From: Neoechinorhynchus agilis
Lineage: Eukaryota; Animalia; Acanthocephala
Assembly: GCA_051530055.1 (NCBI GenBank)
Contig: CM121342.1
Span: 12,167,480-12,231,479, forward strand
Reading direction: 5' to 3'
DNA: 64,000 nt
Shown here piece by piece: positions 28,148 through 40,820 of the stretch. Positions within the stretch are counted from its first letter, which is position 1; each line of letters opens with the position of its first letter. A program made the position numbers and the translations under genes. Under the pieces are notes generated by a model. The model made no database searches. It was not told where the DNA came from and worked only from the letters and a program-made list of their open reading frames with translations.

Positions 28148-28240
28148 ACATTTTAGAACTGATGATGATGAACACGACGAGGTTCGAAACGTCTTTAATG
28201 AATAATCATTTACCGGGTGTAGGCCCAAACAATAATTTCA
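28148..28240 (+). ncRNA. Minimal type-I hammerhead ribozyme motif (Penelope-associated type) with 3' flank; most complete copy in the window
   Basis: CTGATGA (28159-65)-tgat-GAAC-acgacgag-GTTC-GAAA-CG-TC (predicted cleavage after 28193)-tttaatg, the last pairing imperfectly with upstream cattttagaa. A GAT duplication lengthens the core. Confidence 0.65.
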
Positions 28241-28600
28241 GATTTCTTAATTGATTAGAAGTATTGATCAACCAAAAACGATAAACTTATAGTTTTAATT
28301 TTCATGTCTATCGCATAGTACAGCTTGTATTTCAGGCACTAGAAACATCCACTAAAACCTAAACGATTGAAAATAAATCGCATTGCCTTGATTAATATTC
28401 ATAAAAAATACGATAACTACACTGCATTACAAGCTTTACGAAATTTTAAAAACGTATTCATGATACAGAGAGTTCAAAATCCATTTTTCTCCGATTTTTG
28501 TATGACATAATTGAGTTAGAGCAACTACTTATTGTTAAACAACTTTCTTTGTATCTTTTGTTGTCAAAACTTATTGTTTATTTGAAGATTGAATTGTTCA

Positions 28601-28732
28601 TGTTTGTATCTGGCGTAAAAATTAAAAGAATTTATTGATTCCAATATTTCGGCACAAACTTGATAAAGGCACAAGATTGTGCCGAAATATTGGAATCAAT
28701 AAATTCTATGAATTTTTACGCCAAATACAAAC
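28601..28732. mobile_element. Palindromic foldback/MITE family A copy (~57-bp arms)
   Basis: tgtttgtatctggcgtaaaaatt...atatttcggcacaa versus ttgtgccgaaatat...aatttttacgccaaatacaaaca. Confidence 0.8.
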
Positions 28733-29404
28733 ACTTATTGTTCTGATTACAAGAACTTAGTTGTTGTTGCAGCTGATGCATTTCAGTTTGTCTTTTGCCA
28801 TTGTGATTTACTTTATGATACGAAAATTTAATTTCGTTGGGATCTTTACAATTGACGATTCATAATGGCTTTTTAAATTCTTATAAGTTTGTGAAATACC
28901 ACGAGACTTTCCAGCCGCGTGATTAATCAAGCGTTGTTTTTAATTAGAGAAAAATCTTTATTTCGAGCTTTCGCCATCTTACGGCTTCTTCTGGAATTGT
29001 AAATTAATCTGTCGATAATATCGCGCGTTATTATTTAAAGATATATTTTAGACAAGCAAAGAACGTTTGTCATCCCAAATAAGTGTAATATGAGTAACTT
29101 GTCGGAGTGTCTTATCTGCAATCATTTGACAGCCGTTGATTTTTCCACAAAGATTTTTCCTTGTTTCTATGTTTAGTGTAAGCGCTTAAGCACTTTTGAT
29201 TTTGTATATGTTCGGCTTTGATATAGAAAGGAAAATAATGACAGAATTGATTTTTTCGGACATCAATTCGCGAAGACCCATTTGTGGGTGTTTGTAAACC
29301 TTATTCAAAGACTTTTAGAGCTTAATCTCAAAAGTGGCCACTGATATATTTATAAAGCACGTAATGCACAAAGCATAGGACCCATGTCCTTTTGAGTCCT
29401 CATA

Positions 29405-29590
29405 AACACTCGAGTTCTGATTTATAAAATGAATGCGGTTGTTGATTTTGGAGTAGATTACGGGTTCGGTCGGGTGGAAACGTCCGGTCGGAGATGTCCG
29501 TTTCGGTGGGGATTGGTGGTTATTGTTTGCAGAAGAGCTTGTGAGGTTGGGTGTCCTCTCTTCGAATTTAAATTTGAGTCGTCAACGTTC
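29405..29590 (-). mobile_element. 3'-end fragment of the LINE family seen at 51240-52335
   Basis: tggtggttattgtttgcag.agagcttgtgaggttgg and ttgattttggagt...ttacgggttc match the reverse complement of 52150-52325. Confidence 0.8.
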
Positions 29591-30546
29591 GATATTTTTT
29601 GAGAGTACATTTAAGTGTTGGTTAAGAACTCTTCAATAAAGAATATATTTACTGTAGTGCTTAATGCTTGCAAACAAGCTTCATATGGCGACGTGTTCTT
29701 AATCGCAGGTTAAGCGAAAGTTTAATTTCTCATCGCATGAAGACAACATCAAATAGTCTTGATAGAACTGCAGTTCGAATCGTTGTTATACACTATTGTC
29801 TTCTTGAAAGCGATCTACATGATTTCAGTGACTTTTTATGGTCTTTGATTGATAATTAAGCACTGACGGGATAAGAATCTTTCGAATGAGAGTAATTATG
29901 TCAACTTTAATGAAGCGACTTACAATGGGTTTATAATGTATTATTTAGAATTTTCGATGAAGTGATTGTTATATGAAGAGTTCTCTAATAACGAGAAAGT
30001 AATTAAACGGGATTCTTAGGTAATTGGCAAATATTATTTAATGAGATTTCGCTTGATTTTATTACGTTGAAAAATTAAAATAAATTAGGTCTATCTGAGA
30101 TTTTGAATGGGTTTTTTAGGCTAATTAAACGCAACCTATAATAAATTAGTATTTTAAAATTGGTAGGTGAAATAATGATTAAAGAAAATCATAAGGTACA
30201 TTTTTAAGTGCTCCTTCACCTTTTACGATCAGATATAACCAATGTGGTTTTCAGTGATTGATTAAAGCCGCATTTTATGATTCCTGGCTTCTCACGGTTA
30301 TCTTGCGCAATCGGTGCGAAATAATATATGCAAATTGTGTACTGTTAATTGGCTCAGATGATCAAAAAAACCGGCATAGTGTGATTTTACTTCCGACTTT
30401 GTTCCAAAGCATCAAAAATCATGATAAACATAAATTACAAAGTTGGATATTCCCTAGAAATTTCAACAAAGAATAGTGATTTTTTACAATTAAAACTTAA
30501 CATACAAAAATGAGTTTTTTGAGTGTGGAAATGTACACTGAGATTA

Positions 30547-33066
30547 TTACCGGTCGTTTCTATTCCAGCTTCTTTTTTCAATTAACGGCGTTAAACCTTC
30601 TTGGAGATTTTCACTTTGCTGTAGCCGCAATGACCGAACACCAATTGAATTGGTAGACGTTAATGAGTCCAGGGTGTGGCGGTGAGGATTGATACGATTG
30701 GAACAAATCGTATTGCAGGCTTTATCGATTTCATGATAGAGATGAGCACAGTTGGTTAATTGAATTTTACAGCAGCAACATGGATTCGTAGTTATTTCAG
30801 TAGTAGAAGTGTTAGCCCCACCGGCGTATTTTCCGCATGAATCGTCGGGTACATCAAATCCACTTCGCCCTGTTATTCGGCAATCGGTGCAGATATCAAC
30901 GATTGAGTTAAGTAAATTCGGAAAAGTAACAGGTCCCATAGATAATTTTCTTCGGAAGTTTCTGGCATATAGAAACACAAGCAGAATAACTGTTATAATG
31001 ATGAGGAGTCCAAGTGAAGTATAAATGGCGGCAATCAGTGCCACTATTTGACGGGAGTTTGTTTGTCGGAATTGGGCTTCATCGATCTTAACGGTTGGGT
31101 TTGCTCGCGGCAATAGTGGTCGATGCTTCAATTCAAAGTTTTTACAATATTTGTCAAGTCGTATAAGTCTAGCTTGATGACCAGTGTTCTCCACTTGTGA
31201 TGCTCGCCGTCGGACAATCAAACATACTTGATATGTCAGCAGCATTTGAGAATGGGTGTCATTCGAGCCGTTTTTCATGGTAAATGCAGTCGAATTATCT
31301 GCGAATTCGTATTCTGTAGAGTGGTTTAATAGCGTCGGACTCGATACTAATGGTCCGAAAGGTAGTCTTCGAAGCGTAACTCGGCTGACGGCTGTTGATG
31401 AGTTCACTGAAGTCCACGAAGTTCGAAATCGGCCATTTGATGTGTGTTTAAGGTCAATGTGAAATTGGATTCGTCTCTGCTCGCGTCCCATGACGGACGA
31501 ACGCATTCGGCTGCATTGTAGTTGTTCCTCCGACATTTCCGCCATTTCCCAGTTTCGAAATTCAGCAGGGTTAGTACACACGACAGTCGAGTGAGTGTGA
31601 TTCTGCAGCCATTTGTACAGTTTGAGAGACGAGCAATCACAGTGTTGATATTGATCAATAAACACGGTTTTTAACGACACCGGTGGATGAAAGGGTTCGA
31701 GTAGATTTGGGTTTGAGTTTAGAGAAAGTACCTCGAGATCAGACAATGATGAGTGATCAAACACTAGAAGGCTAATATTGTTTGCCAAGATTGTTTGCAG
31801 TCGTCTGGGCAGGTCGAGGACTGTTTCAATTGCATTGTTTGAAATATCAAGTGTTCGGAGTTGCCCAAGATCTTTTAGATTTGGTGGGAGGTCACGGAGG
31901 TTCATATTCGCAATGATTAACGTCCTCAATCGATCGCGCACATGTTCGAGAAATCGGTTAATGTGTTCACCGGTAAGACTTGTAATCCCTGAAAGGTCGA
32001 GATGTTCTAAATACGAGAAAATCATTGCATTGTCCTCGTCCAGTTCTCGAGTTGTTTGATTGAGCGGGTTTAAACCAATGTCTAGTGTGTTTAGAAGAGG
32101 TGGAAGGAACAAAATGTCCGATCCAATGGATGTAAGTTCATTTTGCCGAATCGAAAGTTCTTTTAGACGTCCAGGAAGACTAAGCTGATCCAGTGAACCA
32201 TCAATTGAGTTTCGATCGAGACTGAGTTTAGTTAGGTTCCTTAGACAGCAATGTTTCTCAAAAAGGGAACGGACGCTATTCGTAGTAATCTCATTATCTT
32301 TTAGAATGAGAGTTTGTAGAGAATGAACGTGTTCAATAAGGGTAAAAACGTCGTTTAATCGATTGGTTGATAAGTCAAGGGTACGAAGATTAGGCGCCAT
32401 TAGACTTTTCAGTGCCAATTCATTTGATGCGGTCGTTAACCCATTTCCACGGAGAGAAAGATGTTCAAGACGTGGAAACGCAGGAAGTTGTACGTTCCTG
32501 AGGTCGCTGAATTCTATTTTTAAACTGCGAAGGTGTTCCAAATTGAAAAGGCGCGAGTATTTGTCAGGTTTAAACACGCATTTGTCAAGTGACAGTGAGT
32601 TAAGATGATCAGGAAACTCACATTGTTCGGAGAGAGTAAATGCATAGAGATGCAACTTTCTGAGAGCCTTTAACTTTCTTAAAAATTGACAGTCAAACTG
32701 AGGAGTTGTTTGGTGATCGCCGGACAGTCGTAGTTCATTCAAGTGTTTTCCAATCGGAACAAAAGCTCGTCTATGAATTTGTTTGATTGGATTGTTGGTC
32801 AGATCGAGTGACCGAACTCCAAAAGGTGTTTGAATAAAAGAGTCAAGCTTGATTTCTTGGATATTATTGGACGATAGAACCAGTTCGTCATATACTAGAT
32901 TTGAGACGCCATTGTTAACGAATTTCGGTACATGTTGCCATGATTGTTTTGAGCAGTATATATAACTGGTCGAATGATTTTTACGTCCGCACCGGCATGG
33001 CGGAGGAGCTGGACATTCATTTGCGTTTGACGAGTATGTAAGCAAGAATATATGGAACAAAATCAT
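30547..33066 (-). CDS. Intronless type-I membrane LRR protein (signal peptide, LRRNT, ~13 LRRs, LRRCT, FN3-like segment, TM, Cys-rich tail), 839 aa
   Basis: CPAPPPCRC, repeated LxxLxLxxN, CDCSSL.LY.WL...VCTNP..FRN and the TM segment IVALIAAIYTSLGLLIIITVILLVFLYA. Confidence 0.9.
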   Translation of the reverse strand: MILFHIFLLTYSSNANECPAPPPCRCGRKNHSTSYIYCSKQSWQHVPKFVNNGVSNLVYDELVLSSNNIQEIKLDSFIQTPFGVRSLDLTNNPIKQIHRRAFVPIGKHLNELRLSGDHQTTPQFDCQFLRKLKALRKLHLYAFTLSEQCEFPDHLNSLSLDKCVFKPDKYSRLFNLEHLRSLKIEFSDLRNVQLPAFPRLEHLSLRGNGLTTASNELALKSLMAPNLRTLDLSTNRLNDVFTLIEHVHSLQTLILKDNEITTNSVRSLFEKHCCLRNLTKLSLDRNSIDGSLDQLSLPGRLKELSIRQNELTSIGSDILFLPPLLNTLDIGLNPLNQTTRELDEDNAMIFSYLEHLDLSGITSLTGEHINRFLEHVRDRLRTLIIANMNLRDLPPNLKDLGQLRTLDISNNAIETVLDLPRRLQTILANNISLLVFDHSSLSDLEVLSLNSNPNLLEPFHPPVSLKTVFIDQYQHCDCSSLKLYKWLQNHTHSTVVCTNPAEFRNWEMAEMSEEQLQCSRMRSSVMGREQRRIQFHIDLKHTSNGRFRTSWTSVNSSTAVSRVTLRRLPFGPLVSSPTLLNHSTEYEFADNSTAFTMKNGSNDTHSQMLLTYQVCLIVRRRASQVENTGHQARLIRLDKYCKNFELKHRPLLPRANPTVKIDEAQFRQTNSRQIVALIAAIYTSLGLLIIITVILLVFLYARNFRRKLSMGPVTFPNLLNSIVDICTDCRITGRSGFDVPDDSCGKYAGGANTSTTEITTNPCCCCKIQLTNCAHLYHEIDKACNTICSNRINPHRHTLDSLTSTNSIGVRSLRLQQSENLQEGLTPLIEKRSWNRNDR

Positions 33067-36000
33067 GTTATGGTGGTGGTCAGGACGAGGATAATCTAAA
33101 AGTAGGGGTGGTTTGTGGAGTTTGGTCTACCGGCGATTTTATACAATTGGTGAGAAGTGCCAAATGGTGGTAGCAGCAATAACCAGTTGTGTTCGCTCCT
33201 TTATCACTCTGGACGAGGTGGAAGACAGAGTGCGGCTGCTGCTATTGTCCTGAATAGTTTGAAAGGTGGAAGGGGACGGTGTTTTGCACACTGCTGGTGC
33301 GCAATGGCATCAGCGGTATTACGGAAAGGGTTTGAATCCTGCTCCTCCTCGTTTGTGTGTGTGTGTGGAAGAGACTGTTGAAGCTTAATCATTTTGTATG
33401 TTATGGTGGAAAACTGAATTAATTATATCTTGCAAGGAGGCTGGCACACACAGAACTAGAGAAACGCGGATCGAATTAACATGGTAGTAGTAGTTTCGAT
33501 GTTGCTTCTGGGGTACTGGTTATTGGAGCAAACACATATCCGAGGACTCTCAATGACCGGTTGGAGACGCAGTGATGCACACCTAACTATACGAAACTCA
33601 TCTCATTACCGATTAACTGGTGTGAAATGATTTCTTGGAGTGGAAGAGCAGCATTAAAGAAAAAGAGTGAGGAATGAGAAATCTTTTTGTACAAAAAAGT
33701 GTACACAAGCTAAGAGCGTTGTTGAAATCTTTAAGTTTTAAACGGGACGGAATCTGCGTTCATCTACCAAGTTTGTGCATCATCCTAATTCATGTGATTT
33801 TGCAGAATGTTGATTGTCTGAGCCAGTCTGTCTGTAACTGAAATATTTGAAGCGACAAAGTATTTCATCCGTGGCTGAGGACGATCTCATGATAATTAAG
33901 AACTTATGGACGCCAAAGGCAGTCGCTGTCTTATAATAGAGATACAAAAAGTGCAAAGGTCACTCAGAGTACACACACGCTTCTATAAGTTGCATATGTA
34001 CTCTTCCTTTACCACGCCTTCAACTGTCTTTCCATAACTTGTAATATTGTCAAAAGGTTATCGCCAATCCCAATCAAATAACTACGTTCATCAACACCTT
34101 TTACAATCCAAAAACGCGTGCAATATAATTGGCTGAAGAGTAATTATGAAGCAAGAGGTGGTGAGTGCTTGTAGAGCCCAGAATTAATGACCTTTAAGGA
34201 CGTGAAGAGGGAGTGGATCTCCAGGGATGGCACTAATTGGCAAAATTGGCAGGTGATTGACCTGATTTTCTTATCAAGAAGGACGTGACTTTCCCGTGGG
34301 AATTAGAATGAAGATATTTGGCGCACGCTTTAAGATCTTAGTCTTTAACTCGTCTCAAATTTGTCACTGCAAGGCAGAAGGTCACTCTGTACGACAATCG
34401 TATAGCACCTAATAGTCATCCTGGTTTCCGTCATGGAAAGCGATCACCTGCCAACGTCTAATCCATTATCCGTGGTGCTTTAGGGTTGGGCAGACTTCTC
34501 CAGACGCGTTCTCCAACTGTCTGAACTCTATGTCCTATGCGAGATCATTTATCAACAACACCAGTTAATTGTTATTATTATGGAATGTGGAATTAATTGC
34601 ATTGGTGAATAAACGAACGTTTTCCTCGGACTTAACGTTTGGAGAAAAGCTTTCAAAATCTACGACGGCGCAATTATATGAGACCGATTGTGATTCTGGT
34701 AGAAGAGAAATTCGTCGATAAGAGCCCTCTATTTTTCTCTCGCTTACCCTTTTGCGTTAGAATTGTCACGGAGACCACAAAAGATCTCTTGGAATGAGAG
34801 GTGATGATATCAATCTCCATACCTGTCTACCCTCTAATTATCCATTCTCCTCTGTTTTTGTTTCATACGAAGGTTCTCTCTCTAGAGAGTGCACATAAAC
34901 CGGACGTCCACTTCTCCCTGCATCTACTTTATTTGTTTTAGTAGTTGTCTCAATCTGATGGACACGACTGGCGAACCTAAAGATAAATATCTTAAACTTT
35001 TAATAAAACCATATATCACCCCCCCAAAAAAACAACCCAAACAATGATTTACACGCTAATTTTCGTGCGATGAACAGTATTGGTGCGCGTCAATCAATAT
35101 CGCAGCAGGAGGAAGTAATATAAGGTATTGTCTGCCCTATAGGGAAGGAAGCTGAGATAACAATATCGAGAAAAGCTAATCATATGCTATTTGAGTCACG
35201 GTCAGCGTGTAATCAAACAGTGGCTTTGTCTCAATGATAGCCGGAAGGAACACAATAGTCACTTCTGTGGTCAAGTGGAAATTCGATTAGAGACCTTGAC
35301 AGCGAAATTGTCTAATAACTACATCTATATTTTTTCATAAGTGATATTGATTCTATGGCATTTAAAAACAATTCGCTCTCTTCTTTGATAAGATCATTTT
35401 TGTGTTTTGGACATACCTGTCAGTCTTAGAAAATTAAATGGCAGCTTAAGGTGTGCTCACGTGAATTTTGCAAATATTAAACGCGGCATTACTCGTAGAG
35501 GCTGCTAATAATGAATAATAAATTAAGACAATGACTTTACTAAATAGGATACATTGAGAAATTTGAGTTGATTTCTATTAAAAATATTACATTTTGTATA
35601 ATTGTAATTTATAAAATCGGTATAGCACACTTCTTTCTACTATTGAACTAATCCAAAATGGTTTTTCATCAATAAATTTTTATACACGTTATTGTCGATT
35701 ATTTTTGAATTCGAATTCAGCAAATTACGAGAGCTAATCTTCGACTGTTACGGCGAATTTAATTTCTAATCTATTTACAAAATTATGCTATATTTCCGGA
35801 ATGTCAAGTACCCATTTTGTCTATTTTCGTAAGCGACTAATTTTTTCATGACACACATTGGCCATGAATGCTTGTTTTCGGCTGAAAGCAATTATATACC
35901 CAATGAAATTCAATGCGACGAACAATCCCTGTGGATTCAATGATCCGTTATTGAGTTTTGATATGACTTGCTCTTACGCTAAATAGATATGAAATTCGAT

Positions 36001-36559
36001 TATCCACTCGACTACAAAGAACGGTCTTTCTCAAACCAGATCAAACGCAGTTAATAAAGATTGATTCAAGCTTTAAGTCTAAATTTTCCATATTAGTGGA
36101 TACAAGATCGTATCTAGTACTAATAAATTATAAATTAGGCATTGTTTTTGCAGCCGCATCACTTAGAGTAGTTATCCACGAACTAATCTTGTAAGCGCTG
36201 GTCGCATTCTCTTAAACAGTTAGAACCCTTTCGGTCACAACTGAAGTCAAAAGAATGTTATCTTTGTGTACTTATCCTAGGATTCCTGAAAGATACCTTT
36301 GAAAGTAACAGTGGTCTAAGTATTTAGAAAGCGGCGCAATCTAATACTTATTATTAAATTAGTTTCATTTGAAGATTCGAGACAATCAGATTGTTTTTGT
36401 ATAAGAATGTGCAAAATTTTAAATCCTCGCGGCCTCATCGTTTTTATCTACAGCAAAATTTCTAAATCTAGAGTTCTTAAATCTTTTTAGGTATAAAAAA
36501 AGCAAATCCCATGACCGCAACTATTTAAGAACAAAAATAGAGAGCTCTAACCTGTCCAC

Positions 36560-36960
36560 AATTCGCAAATCCCATTATTGCATAACATATTAGTAGCATT
36601 TAAGATACTTCTTTTGGTAAGACCGAATAAGAGCTTCCCCGCACGATATTTTCCGGTCACTATCTGTGGACGGCTAACCACTGTGCACTTTGATTGAGTG
36701 CATTCAGACACCGAAAACTGCTTCTGTCAACGAATATGCTTCAATCCTTCACAAATCAGGGTGCAAAGACAATAAGTGTAAACTGAAACTAACTTCATAA
36801 CCATCAACTGACCCTAAGAACGTATTCTGCAATCTTAATGAGGATTCGCAATTTAAGAAGGATAGAATGAAAGCGAGATGTTCGTCCGCATGGTGTTTAT
36901 ATACGCCAGGAGCCCTGATCCCGTCTGATGCAGATAAATCGAAGTCCTTAAAAAAATGGA
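36560..36960 (-). CDS. Probable exons of an unidentified gene
   Basis: Stop-free segment bounded by tttaag| and |gttagt (DFDLSASDG...SVDGYE), with a second open segment downstream. No homology recognised. Confidence 0.25.
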
Positions 36961-37414
36961 AAAGATTCTCGAAAAAAATCGGTTTGCTGTATTCAACACT
37001 TTTCGTCGCAAAAACTGTGTTCTGACCTTTTTATATTTCAAACCATTTCTAAATGCTAACCGAACTACACTGCCAATATTTTCTAACTCTTTTCAAAACT
37101 TCTGTCACTCATAATCGATCGAAAGAGGCAAGATGTTTACAGGTGTCTAGCCTTTAAGGCATCTTCCAATTTATATCTCACGATTTTCATCCCCGAGTGC
37201 CGATTCTGTCTTTAAACCTCATAGTTCGGGGGGATAGGTCATCTAAGTGCACATATCAAGTCTTGCAAATATCGTTTCCATTTGTATCTCAAGGCTATTA
37301 TTTGGACTTGATTAGCATGCCTGCGGTGCCATTTGACAGCACTGAATTGCATAATTGTGTTTTAAAACTCAACCAGCATTTATATCTCATTCTCACGCAC
37401 ACATTTCCTTGTCA

Positions 37415-39709
37415 CTAAAACGATTCGACTGCCACTGATCGCATTGACTGTTTGCGTTTCCTCGTTGATACAATTGTTTCGTTTTTAATGAGACTGTAAG
37501 TGAGATGCCATCGAAACCGGAGATATCGCTGCCTTTGCTCCCTCATATCTCGTCGTTCGACACCGGTAATACATTCCTCAACTATTCTACAGAACTCAAT
37601 GGCCACCGGATTTGAGTTAACGGCTTCGACGTGGACAAAGCATGCGTACGAAACATATCCGCGATCCCAGCTTTCTAACGCTCGTCCAAAAACCGGATAA
37701 TCCAGTCTTGGAAGACATGCAACCAACACCAAAACTGCTTTTCCAACTCTCATCAAACAACTTATTCCCGAAAGGAAGCAATCGAAAAAGAAGTTGAAGA
37801 AGGAGATTAGATTTAATAGCATGTTTGTTTTGATGAAAACACTCTTGCGTCGACTTAAACAATCTATCATGAATTTGACAAAAAATTGCTTAAGTCCAAA
37901 CAGGATAATAAGCGGCGCTAGAACACTAAATAAACGCGTGCTCGCCAGCGGAAATTTATATAAGATGTGAACAGTCGAAACTAAAACCAACATAACGGAC
38001 AACATTGTAAGGTAAGACCATAACAGATATCCTATTGTATAACCAGCGAAATGGAAACTTTCATTAATAATATCTGAATTCGATAATCGTTTGTATATAT
38101 AGGGACTTGTGTATTTCCCTCTATAAGCGTGGTAAATATTTAGACGAAGTGAACGAACGGCGGCCAACAGCTGAATAGTGAATAGCGCTTGGCAAAGAAC
38201 GAGGGACGAATAGAATTCAACTCTAAGAGTTGGGATTGTAATAAAGTTAGTAAGGTTAGCCATCGATATTAGTCTTTTGAACATTTTAATGAGAAGTATC
38301 CGAACCCTCTGACATTTCTCATCTTTTAAGTCTCAACAGAGATCCGGTATAAAGGTCCAATTGCGTAATTGTTAGCGCAATTTGAATACTGACGAAAATA
38401 CCGACGAATAGAATAAGAAGAGCTGGAGCAGAATGTCCTATTAATTTGTATCGATCCTTTCGATTACTCAAAATACCTTGAACATATCTATATGATGAAC
38501 TGCGCTCGCTTGAGTCAGCTTCATGGCTCCGTCTAATTAGATTAAGAGACTTGTAGGTAAACAGGAATGTAAGTGAAAAAAGGCAGAACGTAAACGGGAA
38601 ATCTTTTATCGCTTGAATCAGCTCGATAAGTTTTTCGCTTGATTTAACTTGACAACTCATAGATCCATGGACCCATCGAATTGAGTCTAGCCACAAATAC
38701 GCGCATACGGCGTACACCAATCTACTATCATGATTAGAATTTAAGTTGCGGTGTACTGGATAATATTTTAGACCAATTACACTTACAAATCCCATTCGTT
38801 TGCACAGCTCAACGAGAACGCCCGTTTTGATTGAATGTGTTCCGTGGAACATGTGCTCGATTATAGCGAGAATTTGGTGGCTCATTGTTCCGTACTACAT
38901 TCGGTCTCCTGTTTTAAAAGAAAAATTAACTATGCGAGTTCAAAGACAACGATCACTTAATATAGACAGAACAGATTTGTATTAAGGCAAAACGGAAAAT
39001 ATTTTTGTTTGAATGTTAAATTGTTCATGTTTTTTATATGGCGGAAAATTGAAGGGATTTATTAAATCCGATATTTCGGAGCCACAATCCCATGTCTTTA
39101 TTAAGGTTGCTTGAAAATTTTCTCAAGTGTGCTTGCCAACTTGATAGTTTTTCAAATTACTTGAGAAAACTTGTAAGCAACCTTGATAAGGACATGGGAT
39201 TGTGGCTCCGAAATATAGGATTTAATAAACCCCTTCAATTTTCCGCCATTTAAGAATTTTTTGGAAAATCAGCATGACCTTGGATCTCGTTGTAATATCT
39301 AGATAAAAAATATAGAACACTTCTGTTCCTAAATTTGTAGTCATTTGATAAACCAATATTTGTTCTACGATTCCCAAATACAATTCGGATTAGGAAATTG
39401 ACACTCAGAAATAAAAATTACATAAATCAAGTACGTTACCAAAAATTATTTCTTTTCAATAATTTCAACCAAAGAAGACCGCCTGTTTTAGAGAAAAATA
39501 AGGTCACTGGATTGATTCCATCCGTTTAGAGATCCTTTTTGAACGCCGTACAAATGATCGATAAAGGTAATAGCAAGCGAAAATGGAACAAAAATTAAAT
39601 CTGATTTAGTCAAACTTGGAAGGGACCGGCATGTCGAGTACGACTTCACTTGTCGACGTCCGAATCTGTGAGTTGTGTATGATACAAATATTGTCATTAC
39701 GAACGTCAA
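37415..39709 (-). CDS. STRA6L: STRA6-like (retinol-binding-protein receptor family) multi-pass membrane protein, at least 3 exons
   Basis: ESFHFAGYTIGYLLWSY, FNFFFDCFLSGISCLMR...LPRLDY...DRGYVSYACFVHVE..NSNPV..EFC and RWHLTYSLIKN...RK match STRA6-family motifs. A phase-1 intron near 38385-38330 joins the two long ORFs. Confidence 0.88.
39038..39249. mobile_element. Near-perfect 212-bp foldback/MITE family A relative in a STRA6-like intron
   Basis: atggcggaaaattgaaggg...ggagccacaatcccatgtc.ttat.aaggttgctt versus aagcaaccttgataaggacatgggattgtggctcc...cccttcaattttccgccat, with inner ttctcaagt/acttgagaa arms. Confidence 0.85.
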
Positions 39710-40187
39710 TGAATGTTTAAAAAGTGAGAAGAGTATGTTAGGTTTTATCTTTTTCTTACTGTCCTTGCACTCGTGACGGTTGTTTATGGATTGGAACCAA
39801 ACGGATAGACTGTCTTGACTCAGTAAGCGATGTTTCCCATTTATACCTGAGCTAAACGAATCTTAATGAAGAACAAAGACGAACTTTTGAATTTAAGATT
39901 TGAAGCATCTGATCTTTCACGGTAATAAAATGATTTCTATTTTTTACAGTCATTAAAATACAATCGAGCGGCTAACATTTACAAATTAAGATTCTTAGTG
40001 CCCGATTACAAATTTCGTTATTGAATTTTACAGATTAAATAATATATTAGAGTTCTATACTCGCTAGAAATGACAATTTCGACTTCTTAGCGTTTGTTTT
40101 AATTACAGAGTGCACATGATTAATCAAAGAACAGAAAATTATACCGGAATTAAAGAGTTATCTAGGTCAAACACATTTCGTTTGAGA

Positions 40188-40820
40188 CTACCTTTCTTCA
40201 AAGTTACTGAAATGCTCAAGTTGACGAATGAGTCCAAGTTTTCGGACGCGTCCATTCAGCACAGGGCGTGTAACATAAAGCAAAAGAATAAGTACAAATG
40301 CTCCACAAGTTTGGACGGAATTAGAATCGAAGTCATCACAGTGTTTTCCTTTTCTAAAAAATGCACAAATGCATTTGTATTGATCGTGTGGCCCGCTTAA
40401 ACAGCGTCCTCGAGATCCACACAATTGTTTGTCTTTTTCGCATTGATCATATACTTTAAAGAAATTAGTTTAGCTCCATCCGATAAAAGGTTTTAACTTA
40501 CTGTATTGACAAATTACGGGTTTTAGTTCATCACAATTACCATCCGACAAATATGCAGTGCCGTCTTGGTGGACATTGAGAGTACCGCAGTCACTGAATG
40601 GATGATGGCTTGGCAACCATTGGATTCCGGCGAAATTTGGATTAAATGATTTCCCGTTAAGCCATGACCATGATGCTATTTCGATTATAGGGACAAAATT
40701 TAGATCTCTAATAGACTTACTATCAGTTCTATTTCTGGTTAGTCCAACATGCAGTGACAAATGAGTATTGACAGAAGAGTTTGTCGAAAGTCGTTTTCTC
40801 AGAGCGTTGGACACATACAC
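40188..40820 (-). CDS. 3' exons of a C-type lectin + EGF-like + TM membrane protein
   Basis: SWSWLNG...IQWLP...DCG.L...YLSDGNCDELKPVICQ (CTLD C-half), then CGSRGRCLSGPHDQYKCICAFFRKGKHC (EGF) and GAFVLILLLYV. Confidence 0.7.

Noticed and set aside
30809-32608. Numerous antisense or alternative-frame ORFs within the LRR, GLUT, Hsp70 and PAP genes
   Set aside because: They are shadows of the true coding frames with no independent features.
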